From NCBI GenBank assembly GCA_041736305.1, contig JBGSTX010000287.1:1-23954 (forward strand): 23,954 nt of DNA, in the 5' to 3' direction. The notes under the pieces were generated by a model. It ran no database searches and was not told where the DNA came from. It was given only the letters and a program-made list of their open reading frames with translations. Made by a program: the position numbers and the translations under genes. Source of the stretch: Oligoflexus sp. (GTDB taxonomy: Bacteria > Bdellovibrionota_B > Oligoflexia > Oligoflexales > Oligoflexaceae). Positions 8,297 to 16,491 of this stretch are shown piece after piece. How positions within the stretch are numbered: the first letter of the stretch is position 1; each line of letters starts with the position of its first letter.

Positions 8297-8938
8297 ATGT
8301 CATGGAAAGCCCTGCTAGTGCCCCTATTTCTCCTGGAACAGACCGCAGCTGCCGAACCCTGGAAACCTTTGCTGGAAAGCGGATTTAAGGCGATCGAATT
8401 CAAGAAACTTCCCCCGACGGTCTATACCTTGGAAGCAGGTGTTTTCACGGCTAAGGTTCGCAGCTCATCTTCAGCCTGGCTTCTGCCTAGAAGCACGGCC
8501 ATGAAGGTAAAGAAAGTGAGCTTCGCCTGGAAACATGAAGGGCGTCCGCGGGTGGAGGGGGTTGAAAGCGAAAAAAGCAAAGCAGGCGATGACTCCCTCC
8601 TCAAGGTAGGTCTGGTGCTAGCTGGTCCCGCCCCTACCATTCCCTTTTTCGCACCGGCATGGATCAAGGCGGTCCGAGATATCCTGACTCTACCGTCTGA
8701 TCGTATGCTCTACCTCGTGGTGGGTGCACAACATGCTCCCGGTCAGCGCTGGCCAAGTCCCTACTCCGATAGCATTCAGCAAGAGTCTCTCGCATCCACT
8801 CCCGGCAAAGATGCTTGGCAGCTGGCTAGCTACGAAGCCGCCAAGCCCGAAGACGTCGTCGGCCTCTGGTTGATGGCAGATGGTGACAACACAGCCGCAA
8901 GCTTCTCTGTGGAAATGAAAGATCTGCTGATCGAATAA
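8297..8938 (+). CDS. Secreted DUF3047-like protein
   Basis: ATG 8297 follows RBS GAGGAG. Signal peptide MSWKALLVPLFLLEQTAAA, E.SKAGDD and C-terminal GLWLMADGDNT resemble DUF3047 motifs. Confidence 0.7.
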   Translation: MSWKALLVPLFLLEQTAAAEPWKPLLESGFKAIEFKKLPPTVYTLEAGVFTAKVRSSSSAWLLPRSTAMKVKKVSFAWKHEGRPRVEGVESEKSKAGDDSLLKVGLVLAGPAPTIPFFAPAWIKAVRDILTLPSDRMLYLVVGAQHAPGQRWPSPYSDSIQQESLASTPGKDAWQLASYEAAKPEDVVGLWLMADGDNTAASFSVEMKDLLIE

Positions 8939-8939
8939 C

Positions 8940-9971
8940 TTAGGACGTCTGATAGGTGCGAACTAAATCTTCGATCGACAGCTGCTCTGGGTCTATGCCC
9001 TGCTGCTCGAGATAAGTGGGATTATAGAGTTTCGAATAGGAGCGCTCACCCTGATCACAGGCGAAGGTCACGATTCGCTTGCCTGGTCCCAGTTTAATGG
9101 CGGTGCGCAAAGCCGCAGCAAGATTGAGAGCTGAACTGCTTCCCAGGACAAGCGCATCATTGTCGCGAACATAACGGGAGATAGTCACAAGTTCCCGATC
9201 AGTGACCTGGACGGCCTCGTCGACCTTAGCTTGAGCGAAGTTTGCGACCAGGCGCATAATACCTATTCCTTCGGTCATTGAGCTGCCCTCGCTCTTGAAA
9301 CTACCTTCCTTGAAATAATGGTAGAGCCCTGAACCCGCAGGATCGGCTAAGACGACTTTCAGCTGCGGCAGCTTCGCTTTCAAAGCCACTGAGCAACCCG
9401 CTATGGTTCCGCCCGTACCAGCGGCAGCGACCAAGGCATCGAGCTTGCCTCCCATTTGGCTAAATATTTCGGGGCCTGTTGTATCGCGATGAGCTCGGAA
9501 ATTAGATAGATTCTCGAACTGGTTCGCCCACCAGTAATGAGTAGGGTCTTCTGCGGCGATGCGGCCAGCTGTGTGATAGAAGTGCTTGGGATCTTTGAAG
9601 GGACAGGGATCGACCAGCTGCAATTCAGCTCCGTAGAGTTCTATAAGTCGCTCTTTTTCCGGCGTCTGACCGCGAGGCATGACGACGCGAACCTTGTGTC
9701 CGAGAACTTTACCCGCAATCGCGAGACCGATCCCTGTGTTGCCTGCCGTACCCTCGACTATAGTCATACCTGGCTTCAGCTTACCCTCTGCGATCGCTTC
9801 GCGAACCATGTGCAGCGCGGTCCGATCTTTAATGGAACCTCCGGGGTTGAGAAATTCACATTTTACATAGATCTCGGAGCCGGTGAGAGCGCTGAGAGAT
9901 GGGATGCGGAGAAGCGGAGTGTTTCCGACTATTCCACTGAGGTTTTCGACTGGGACTGTGCTGAATGTCAT
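8940..9971 (-). CDS. cysK: Cysteine synthase (PLP-dependent O-acetylserine sulfhydrylase family)
   Basis: VGNTPLL, KCEFLNPGGSIKDR (PLP lysine), EGTAGNTGIGLA, NQFEN, TTGPEI, GTGGT, EGIG, CDQGERSYSK. Confidence 0.9.
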   Translation of the reverse strand: MTFSTVPVENLSGIVGNTPLLRIPSLSALTGSEIYVKCEFLNPGGSIKDRTALHMVREAIAEGKLKPGMTIVEGTAGNTGIGLAIAGKVLGHKVRVVMPRGQTPEKERLIELYGAELQLVDPCPFKDPKHFYHTAGRIAAEDPTHYWWANQFENLSNFRAHRDTTGPEIFSQMGGKLDALVAAAGTGGTIAGCSVALKAKLPQLKVVLADPAGSGLYHYFKEGSFKSEGSSMTEGIGIMRLVANFAQAKVDEAVQVTDRELVTISRYVRDNDALVLGSSSALNLAAALRTAIKLGPGKRIVTFACDQGERSYSKLYNPTYLEQQGIDPEQLSIEDLVRTYQTS

Positions 9972-10066
9972 AACTACTTCCTCGGCAACTCAAGGGTCTA
10001 AGCCTAGAGAGTTACAGAAAGAAGATCGCGCTTGCAAGCAGGTTTTGCTGGGGAATCGGGGGATAT

Positions 10067-10236
10067 CTTGCGAGAATGTGGCAAAAATATCGATGAGAAG
10101 AGGAGGGCTGCTTTAATGTGCACTTTCATGCTTCGAATCTCTCAGGAAAACCTGATAGATTCTCGTCTCTAGCAAGTGCGCCAAAGCCCTCGTCTTCTCA
10201 CCCTAAAGGAGTCTGCAACATCTCTTATAATGCAAG
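10067..10236. ncRNA. Candidate structured RNA or long imperfect palindrome (rod-like, about 170 nt)
   Basis: Nested stems around one axis: 10094-10109/10185-10200 (15/16 bp), 10118-10125/10174-10181 (8 bp with one G-U), 10135-10146/10151-10162 (11/12 bp, AAAA loop), 10072-10083/10214-10224 and 10067-10071/10232-10236. Confidence 0.45.
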
Positions 10237-10383
10237 GGGAAGGCCAAGATTAATGATGGTCAAACCCCTTGAAAACACATAATGCCGCTCCCTTTTTCCT
10301 GTCTAAAGGCACGACATGTTGCACGGATTACATGACACCCAACATCGCTAGCAGTTCTTAGCCGCAAAAATCACAGACTTAAT

Positions 10384-10414
10384 GTCACCAGGTGACGGGG
10401 GTATACAGCTTGCA
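10384..10414 (+). promoter_or_regulatory. Putative sigma54 promoter with an adjacent inverted repeat
   Basis: GGTATACAGCTTGCA gives GG(10400-01)-N10-GC(10412-13) with a TTGC -12 element. The inverted repeat GTCACC-A-GGTGAC lies at 10384-10396. Confidence 0.4.
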
Positions 10415-10455
10415 TTCTTTTCTGCGAGTAAGGATTTTTGCCCAGAGGATATTCT

Positions 10456-11694
10456 ATGCTACAGCTCGCCCTTCTCATCTTATTAACATCTACCCTTGCT
10501 GAAGCAGCCGATGTGGGTATTGCCCAAATTGGAGGTCTGGAGCACGATCTCGCGCGTCCTTTCCTTTGGAAAAAATCCGCTGGCGATTTGAGTCTAGGGC
10601 TCCAGCTTGAGAAGTCCTCAGGCTACGATTTTGATACTAAGAATTTTGATAACGAAGCCAGTGAGCTAGCAGCTTCTTTTGCCCTTCGCCTGCCTTGGAA
10701 TCTTGAAGGTGGGCTCGCTCTCCATGCGAGAGAGGAACGCATCGCCCAAAAGGAGCTCAAACTGCCGCTTAGCAGCGCCGCCTGGCTGCGCCTGCATCTA
10801 TGGGAAGGCGCTGGGTTTCGCACTTCTATCGGCGGGCAGTTCGAGCCTGGACTTAAAAAAGACGGCAGTTTTCATCAGGTGGGCGATCCGCGCCGCAGCC
10901 TCTTTGCCAGTCAGGAATACAGTGTTTTTTCGGGGCTGCATACAGCCCTCTATTTCGCCAAGAGCTGGCGTGGTCCCGAATATTTTGGCGATTGGCGGCT
11001 CGGCGACGAACTCAGCTTCGGCGGGAAACTGACCGTGGGTGCCTCGTGGCTGCATGCCTTTGGCGAAGGGACCGCTCGGCAATTGGTCGTGAAATATAAA
11101 AATCAGGATCAGTGCCAGCAAGAGGGCAATCTCTGGAAAGCCGGTATTGCTTCGCAGCTCGGTGGCTTCGACGTCTCTGCGAGCATCATCGTAGCGAGTC
11201 AAGAAGCTTTATTCGGAATACCGCGTGAAGGCTTTGAGGCGGCTCTCCACTATAATCTGTATGCGGCGAGGGAACGCACTGATCTGCTAGCGACAGCTAG
11301 TCCGCAGTCCAAATCTAGGAAAGCTAAGTCTCCGACTCAAAAGACCACTGTCAAAGGCCAAGGGTTTGCACCTGTTATTGAATCCTCTGACCCCGATGAA
11401 TTTGAGTTACTCGAAAATTCCCGCGAGCTCGAAAATCGCGACAAGGACAAGCCGATTCCTTCTGAAATTGCCGAACGTGAGTTGAAAGCTTTGCGCGAAG
11501 CGACTCAAAAATCTGAAGCACTAGAGAAATCTAAGCAGAAAGAAAGGCAGCAGGAAGGCGACCAGGCAGTCCGTGACGAAATTCAGCAAGACAATAAAAT
11601 TATCCGGGAACATAGGTCCGATATCGATGAGGAGCTCAATGAGTACAGCCTCCCCGACAGCGAAGAGCTCAATTGGAACGGACTCCGGAAATAA
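10456..11694 (+). CDS. Secreted hypothetical protein: probable outer-membrane beta-barrel with a charged coiled-coil tail
   Basis: RBS GAGGA and ATG 10456. Signal peptide MLQLALLILLTSTLAEA. Amphipathic Gly/aromatic beta-strand pattern up to ...FEAALHYNL, then a Ser/Lys/Pro linker and an E/K/R/Q-rich helical tail. Confidence 0.65.
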   Translation: MLQLALLILLTSTLAEAADVGIAQIGGLEHDLARPFLWKKSAGDLSLGLQLEKSSGYDFDTKNFDNEASELAASFALRLPWNLEGGLALHAREERIAQKELKLPLSSAAWLRLHLWEGAGFRTSIGGQFEPGLKKDGSFHQVGDPRRSLFASQEYSVFSGLHTALYFAKSWRGPEYFGDWRLGDELSFGGKLTVGASWLHAFGEGTARQLVVKYKNQDQCQQEGNLWKAGIASQLGGFDVSASIIVASQEALFGIPREGFEAALHYNLYAARERTDLLATASPQSKSRKAKSPTQKTTVKGQGFAPVIESSDPDEFELLENSRELENRDKDKPIPSEIAERELKALREATQKSEALEKSKQKERQQEGDQAVRDEIQQDNKIIREHRSDIDEELNEYSLPDSEELNWNGLRK

Positions 11695-12987
11695 TTACTT
11701 CGGTTTTTCAGCGCCAGCCGCTTTAGCAGCTTCGTCACCTGTATAGAAGACGTCTTCGACGTTCTCATCAGAACTTTTGATTTCCTCTACTTTCATATCC
11801 GCCGCTTTCAACGGCGAAAGTTTGCCCGCATCGCCCACCGCAGTTTCGGTTGGAGCAGCCTTCGGCTCCTGTGCTGCACTCTTCTGCGGTGGCTTTTCCT
11901 CGCCACTCGCCAATCTTTGAAAGCGAGCCATGAGTTCTTCAGATGCGGCCTGCTTTTGCAAGACAGAATCAGCTAGCGCCTTCACTTCTGCGATCGGGTC
12001 TTGCGTTCCCGCGATAAGATAGAGGTCATTAATTGGGCCCCTATGCTGTGCAAGCTTATTCAGAATGACGAGCTTTGCCTCCGATGGAGCCGCATGCATG
12101 GCGCCCCGCAGCACATGAAACCCTGCTTCGTCGCTGCGGCTATTGAAACGCCGAACATAGTTCGCTACGAGCGAGGGACGGGCATCACCGATGGCCCTCC
12201 GGAAGTCTTCGGCACCAATCTCTTGGCCGAGTTCAGCGAGTCCTAGTAACCCTTCCATCCGAGTCCAAAACTTAGGCTGAGCGAGAGCATCGTTCAGAAT
12301 AGCTTCAGACCCTTTAGTTTTTGACTGCCGAGCATCTTGCACCGCTTTAAATCGTTGATAGCTGAAGCTATGCTCAAGCCCCCGCCGCCAGCGATCGTCT
12401 TGTTCGCTTGAGAGGATAGCCCCCTCGGCAGGCGGAAGATCGATTGAGTTGGGGAGATTGTCGTAGGGAGAGACCGAAGCTTCGGGAGCAGGCGTCGCGG
12501 CTTTTTCGCTGACCTCCGTCACCGTTTCCGGTGCTTGAGTCACGGCTGTAGCGATGGGGGGCGCACTGGCTTCAGTGGCATCGTCTTGGGAAGCATTGAA
12601 ATTATCGATAATGACGAGGCCAGCGCCTAGAGCCAAAATGAGACCACCTCCAATGAGATACAGGCGTCGTTTCTCGGAAGCACTCTTGAGACTTCCAAAG
12701 GCGTCTGAAAATCGGGTTGAAAGCCCTGAGAATCGACTGCTTTGCGATCCAAGTGCAGTCATCGAACTGAATCCAAAGGAGCTGTACTTATTAGAAAGGC
12801 CACTTTGCTGACTAGTGGAGCTTGCGTACTGAGGCGTATAGTTGAGCTGCTTCTTTAAAACAGCCTCGGACGTTGCTTGAGTTACGGTACCTTGTTTGGT
12901 ATCGGCGCTGCGGTCTTCTTCGGGGGTGCGCGAACTGCGCATATCACCAATGTCATCTAGACTGATCGATTTGATCGCGTCCTTCAT
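11695..12987 (-). CDS. Bitopic membrane protein with a HEAT/armadillo-like helical domain
   Basis: Ser-rich disordered N-terminus, basic KRR then TM segment LYLIGGGLILALGAGLVII, Ala/Pro/Thr linker, and HEAT-like repeats (L..AL.QPKFWTRMEGLLGLAELG; LIAGTQDPIAEVKALA). RBS GAGGA. Confidence 0.65.
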   Translation of the reverse strand: MKDAIKSISLDDIGDMRSSRTPEEDRSADTKQGTVTQATSEAVLKKQLNYTPQYASSTSQQSGLSNKYSSFGFSSMTALGSQSSRFSGLSTRFSDAFGSLKSASEKRRLYLIGGGLILALGAGLVIIDNFNASQDDATEASAPPIATAVTQAPETVTEVSEKAATPAPEASVSPYDNLPNSIDLPPAEGAILSSEQDDRWRRGLEHSFSYQRFKAVQDARQSKTKGSEAILNDALAQPKFWTRMEGLLGLAELGQEIGAEDFRRAIGDARPSLVANYVRRFNSRSDEAGFHVLRGAMHAAPSEAKLVILNKLAQHRGPINDLYLIAGTQDPIAEVKALADSVLQKQAASEELMARFQRLASGEEKPPQKSAAQEPKAAPTETAVGDAGKLSPLKAADMKVEEIKSSDENVEDVFYTGDEAAKAAGAEKPK

Positions 12988-13164
12988 ACTGTCCTCGCGG
13001 TAAGAATCTCTCCTTAGTATGTCGTCAGGACCGGTCTAAATCTTGAGCTTGAGGCTTGGTTCTTCATCGAAAAATGGCAGATTAGGGAGCCAGTATAGCT
13101 GACTTAGGGTTTTACTCTTGCCGATTGGAGCTATGAATTATTCGGAGCTATCTTCAAGTTCAAG

Positions 13165-13222
13165 TTGGCTTTCGTGCTGGAATTGCGTATAAAATTGCCT
13201 TGAATTTTGAGGATTCTATGGT
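13165..13222 (+). promoter_or_regulatory. Candidate sigma70 promoter(s) for fusA
   Basis: TTGGCT-N17-TATAAA (13165-13193) and TTGCCT-N16-TATGGT (13195-13222) in an AT-rich intergenic region. Confidence 0.35.
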
Positions 13223-13290
13223 AGTTAACATCCTCCCCGTGCGCTTAGGCGTGACGTTCAATTATCTTCTGCCACAAAGGTTCTTAGACC

Positions 13291-15396
13291 ATGAAACTTG
13301 AAAAGCTCAGGAACATAGGTATATCCGCTCACATTGACTCCGGGAAGACCACCTTGTCCGAGCGGATTCTGTTTTACGCCGGTAAGATTCACAAGATCGA
13401 AGAGGTTCGCGGGGGTGGTGACGGCGCGACCATGGACCACATGGAGCTCGAGAAAGAACGTGGGATCACGATTACTTCGGCTTCCACGACTGTTTATTGG
13501 GAAGATCACATGATCAACCTCATCGACACTCCGGGACACGTGGACTTCACTGTGGAAGTTGAGCGCTCGCTCCGCGTCCTCGACGGTGCCGTTCTCGTTC
13601 TCTGCGGTGTTGCTGGCGTTCAATCGCAGTCGATTACTGTCGATCGTCAAATGAAGCGTTACAACGTACCCGCTCTGGCCTTTATCAATAAGCTCGACCG
13701 CTCGGGTGCCAACCCTTTCCGTGTAACAAGCATGCTGCGCGAGAAGCTTGGTCACAACGCGGTAATGATGCAACATCCTATCGGTGCCGAAGGCGACTTC
13801 GAAGGCGTCGTGGATTTGATCACCCGCAAAGCGATTTATTACGATGGGGAAAAAGGCGACAAGATCCGCATCGACGAATGTCCTGCTCACCTCGTCGACG
13901 ACGTCGATGCTCTGCGCGCAGAAATGCTCGACAAGATCTCGATGTTCGATGACACGATGACTGAAATGCTGCTGGAAGAAAAAGAGATTCCAGAAGCTCT
14001 CATTCGCGCGACGGTGAAGAAGGCCGTACACGCTCGCGTTCTGACGCCAGTCTTCATGGGTACTGCGTTCAAAAACAAAGGCGTTCAGACTCTTCTCGAC
14101 TCCGTACTCGAATATCTGCCAGCACCGACCGACCGTCAGTACTGGGGTAACGACAACGACAAAGGCCTGAAAATCGAAGTCTACCCCGATCCCAAGAAGC
14201 CTTTGTGCGCAATGGCTTTCAAGATCGCCGATGAGACTTTCGGTCAGCTGACTTATACCCGTATTTATCAGGGAACTCTGCGCAAGGGTCAGGCCTATCT
14301 GAATCCGCGTATTGGCAAGACACAGCGCGTCGGTCGCCTGGTTCGTATGCATGCTAACGATCGCGAAGACGTGGATTTTGCAGAAGCTGGTGACATTATC
14401 GCAATGGTGGGCGTCGAGTGCGCATCAGGCGACACCTACTGCGATGAAAACATTAACGTGACCATGGAAAACATGTTCGTCCCAGATCCAGTTATTGAGC
14501 TGGCGATCAAGCCAGCCAAACAAGAAGATTTGGTGAAGATGTCGAAAGCGCTCAACCGCTTTATGAAGGAAGACCCTACATTCCGCGTTCACGTCGACAA
14601 GGAATCGAACGAAACCCGTATCGCTGGTATGGGCGAGTTGCACCTTGAGATCTACGTTGAACGGATGAAGCGTGAATATAAGGCCAACGTTATCGTCGGT
14701 CAGCCGAAAGTGAACTATCGTGAAGCGCCGACTACCCTCTCGCATTACGATTACAAGCACAAAAAGCAGACCGGTGGTTCAGGCCAGTACGCACACGTCG
14801 TCGGAACTCTCTATCCGCTCGAAGGAGCGAAGAGCGAAGAAGAATCTTTCGAGTTCGTCAACGCTACGGTCGGTGGATCGGTTCCTCGGGAATACATCCC
14901 GGGCGTTGAAAAGGGCTTCAAAGAATCTATCGTTAAAGGTCCTCTGGCCGGCTACCAGGTTATCAATACCAAGGTCGAGCTGAAAGACGGTACCTTCCAC
15001 CCAGTCGACTCCTCTGAAATGGCTTTTAAGATCGCTGCTCGTATGGCGTTCAAGCAGGCATTCCTCGAGTCCAAACCGGTCATTCTCGAGCCGATCATGC
15101 GCGTCGAAGCAGAAACCCCGGTCGAATTCCAGGGTACTGTACAGGGTGACCTCTCGTCTCGCCGCGGTATGCTGCTTGGTTCGGACATGCGCGATGAGTA
15201 TGCGGTAATTCTTGCCGAGGTGCCTCTCTCGGAAATGTTTGGTTACTCGACTGACCTTCGTTCGAAGACTCAGGGCAAAGCGACGTTCTCCATGGAGTTC
15301 GCCTGCTACCGTCCAGTTCCCTCTTCGATCCAAGAGCAGCTGGTCAAGAAGTTCCGCGAAGAGCAAGCCAAGGGCAACAAGAAAGACGACGAATAA
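13291..15396 (+). CDS. fusA: Elongation factor G (stand-alone, spdEFG1/mtEF-G1-like)
   Basis: [87 protein letters not shown]. 701 aa. Confidence 0.97.
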   Translation: MKLEKLRNIGISAHIDSGKTTLSERILFYAGKIHKIEEVRGGGDGATMDHMELEKERGITITSASTTVYWEDHMINLIDTPGHVDFTVEVERSLRVLDGAVLVLCGVAGVQSQSITVDRQMKRYNVPALAFINKLDRSGANPFRVTSMLREKLGHNAVMMQHPIGAEGDFEGVVDLITRKAIYYDGEKGDKIRIDECPAHLVDDVDALRAEMLDKISMFDDTMTEMLLEEKEIPEALIRATVKKAVHARVLTPVFMGTAFKNKGVQTLLDSVLEYLPAPTDRQYWGNDNDKGLKIEVYPDPKKPLCAMAFKIADETFGQLTYTRIYQGTLRKGQAYLNPRIGKTQRVGRLVRMHANDREDVDFAEAGDIIAMVGVECASGDTYCDENINVTMENMFVPDPVIELAIKPAKQEDLVKMSKALNRFMKEDPTFRVHVDKESNETRIAGMGELHLEIYVERMKREYKANVIVGQPKVNYREAPTTLSHYDYKHKKQTGGSGQYAHVVGTLYPLEGAKSEEESFEFVNATVGGSVPREYIPGVEKGFKESIVKGPLAGYQVINTKVELKDGTFHPVDSSEMAFKIAARMAFKQAFLESKPVILEPIMRVEAETPVEFQGTVQGDLSSRRGMLLGSDMRDEYAVILAEVPLSEMFGYSTDLRSKTQGKATFSMEFACYRPVPSSIQEQLVKKFREEQAKGNKKDDE

Positions 15397-15427
15397 GTTT
15401 AGCTTACAAAAAAATAGCGATGCCGCG

Positions 15428-15455
15428 AGACCCCTCTTTGGAGGGGTCTTTTTTT
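15428..15455 (+). terminator. Rho-independent terminator of fusA
   Basis: AGACCCCTC-TTTG-GAGGGGTCT followed by a T-tract. Confidence 0.9.
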
Positions 15456-15461
15456 GCCCAG

Positions 15462-15488
15462 TGAAGTTCTCCATCGCGCTGCCGATAG
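15462..15488 (+). promoter_or_regulatory. Putative sigma28 (FliA) promoter
   Basis: TGAAGTTC-N11-GCCGATAG versus the extended consensus TAAAGTTT-N11-GCCGATAA. It lies just after the fusA terminator and before the 60-aa ORF. Confidence 0.6.
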
Positions 15489-15536
15489 GAGTTCTATGAG
15501 GTATTATAAGCGCATTTAGGAAAAGGAGAGTCCAGG

Positions 15537-15719
15537 ATGGACCCCAAACCAAAATCGACGAGTCTCCGCCTGGTAAAGGCAGTTGAAGCAAGTAAGCCTG
15601 ATATCCCAGAAGAAGTAGGAGGGGTTGAAAGGCGCGTGAGGAAGAGTCGTTTCGCGGCAGAAATGAACGATTTTGCAGACGCTCTCGATCGCGAGATCGC
15701 AGCGATTCTTGCGTCGTAG
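15537..15719 (+). CDS. Small hypothetical protein (60 aa)
   Basis: RBS AAAAGGAGAG upstream, its own promoter candidate, a hairpin at the stop codon and a C-terminal amphipathic helix. It fills the gap between fusA and the convergent gene. Confidence 0.65.
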   Translation: MDPKPKSTSLRLVKAVEASKPDIPEEVGGVERRVRKSRFAAEMNDFADALDREIAAILAS

Positions 15720-15742
15720 CGAGAGCCTCTTGGCTCTCGCTA
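15717..15742. terminator. Hairpin between convergent genes (putative terminator or stabiliser)
   Basis: TAGCGAGAGCC-TCTT-GGCTCTCGCTA, a perfect 11-bp stem with no clear U-tract. Confidence 0.55.
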
Positions 15743-15762
15743 TCGGCTTGCTTCTCTAAGAA

Positions 15763-16419
15763 TTATCGACCTTGCAGCTGAGCCCGACGCTCCAGATTGC
15801 GATCGGCCTGTATCTCAAAAACCGACTTCTCAAGACTGGTAAGTTCAGCAGCTAGATCGACGACCGGTGTTTCAATCTGATTCAGCAAGACCCTAGCAAC
15901 GCCTCGCCAGTCTGCATGCTGCCGAGCCAGACCAAGCGCTGCAACCCCTTTGATAATCTGCTGCTGTAGGCCAAAAGCCTGACTCAACTCGACCCGCTTG
16001 TCGACCAAGACCAAGACATGATCAAAAAGTTCCAGCGTCAGCTGCAGATCCTCGAAAATGCTCTTAGCTTCGACCGGCAACTTCGGGCCTTTATGCTCCC
16101 AAAGCTGAACAGCAACGGGTTTCATGTTGCGGCCGATTACGCTGCTAAGATTTCTGAGTGCGTCGATAGTTTGGAGACAGATCTCGAGCGGAGAATCCAT
16201 CTGCACGCGTAGATCGCTTTGCTCATTCAAAACAAATGCTGGCAAGCGCCCGTTTTGATCGACCTGCGTATCAAGATCCTGACCGTCCAGCTCGATGCGG
16301 GTGATGCTGCAGTCTGGCCGGAGCAGATGCTTCTCGATCCAGGCGATTGCATCTGGCAGAGTTTTTACCGGAATAGGTACCGGTATTCGTTTGCCATTGA
16401 GCAAGAACTTTTTAAGCAT
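15763..16419 (-). CDS. Hypothetical protein, possibly flagellar-locus associated
   Basis: The likely start is ATG 16419 (GGAAAGAGG upstream), since the longer ORF-track start overlaps a terminator. Small alpha/beta N-domain (LLNG...ITRIELDG) and a helical C-domain containing ..ADWRGVARVLLNQIE.P. Confidence 0.7.
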   Translation of the reverse strand: MLKKFLLNGKRIPVPIPVKTLPDAIAWIEKHLLRPDCSITRIELDGQDLDTQVDQNGRLPAFVLNEQSDLRVQMDSPLEICLQTIDALRNLSSVIGRNMKPVAVQLWEHKGPKLPVEAKSIFEDLQLTLELFDHVLVLVDKRVELSQAFGLQQQIIKGVAALGLARQHADWRGVARVLLNQIETPVVDLAAELTSLEKSVFEIQADRNLERRAQLQGR

Positions 16420-16442
16420 AGGCCTCTTTCCTGTACCCATGG

Positions 16443-16468
16443 AAAAAAGGGCCCCAGAGGGACCCTTC
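16443..16468 (-). terminator. Rho-independent terminator after the GT-TPR gene
   Basis: Minus strand AAGGGTCCC-TCT-GGGGCCC-TTTTTT (one G-U pair). Confidence 0.75.
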
Positions 16469-16491
16469 ACTATTGCCGATGGGTGAATCCA

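Noticed and set aside
10094..10200. SRP (4.5S) RNA as the identity of the long hairpin
   Set aside because: The conserved domain IV arrangement (CAGG..GNRA tetraloop..AGCA) is not present on either strand.
10308..10323. Sigma54-like GGCACGACATGTTGC
   Set aside because: GG-to-GC spacing is 11 rather than the required 10.
13019..13046. Minus-strand sigma28-like TCAA-N16-GACGACAT upstream of the HEAT-like gene
   Set aside because: The spacer is one base long and the -10 has several mismatches, too weak to call.
13258..15591. Long antisense ORFs (364 aa and 270 aa) opposite fusA
   Set aside because: Typical codon-bias shadow ORFs of a highly expressed gene.
15537..15719. FlgM or PilZ assignment for the 60-aa ORF
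   Set aside because: It lacks the FlgM C-terminal I..G.Y motif, and ERRVRKSR does not fit the PilZ RxxxR spacing.
15740..15766. Minus-strand GCCGATAG as an antisense sigma28 promoter
   Set aside because: The -35 match is poor and the motif partly derives from the hairpin arm.
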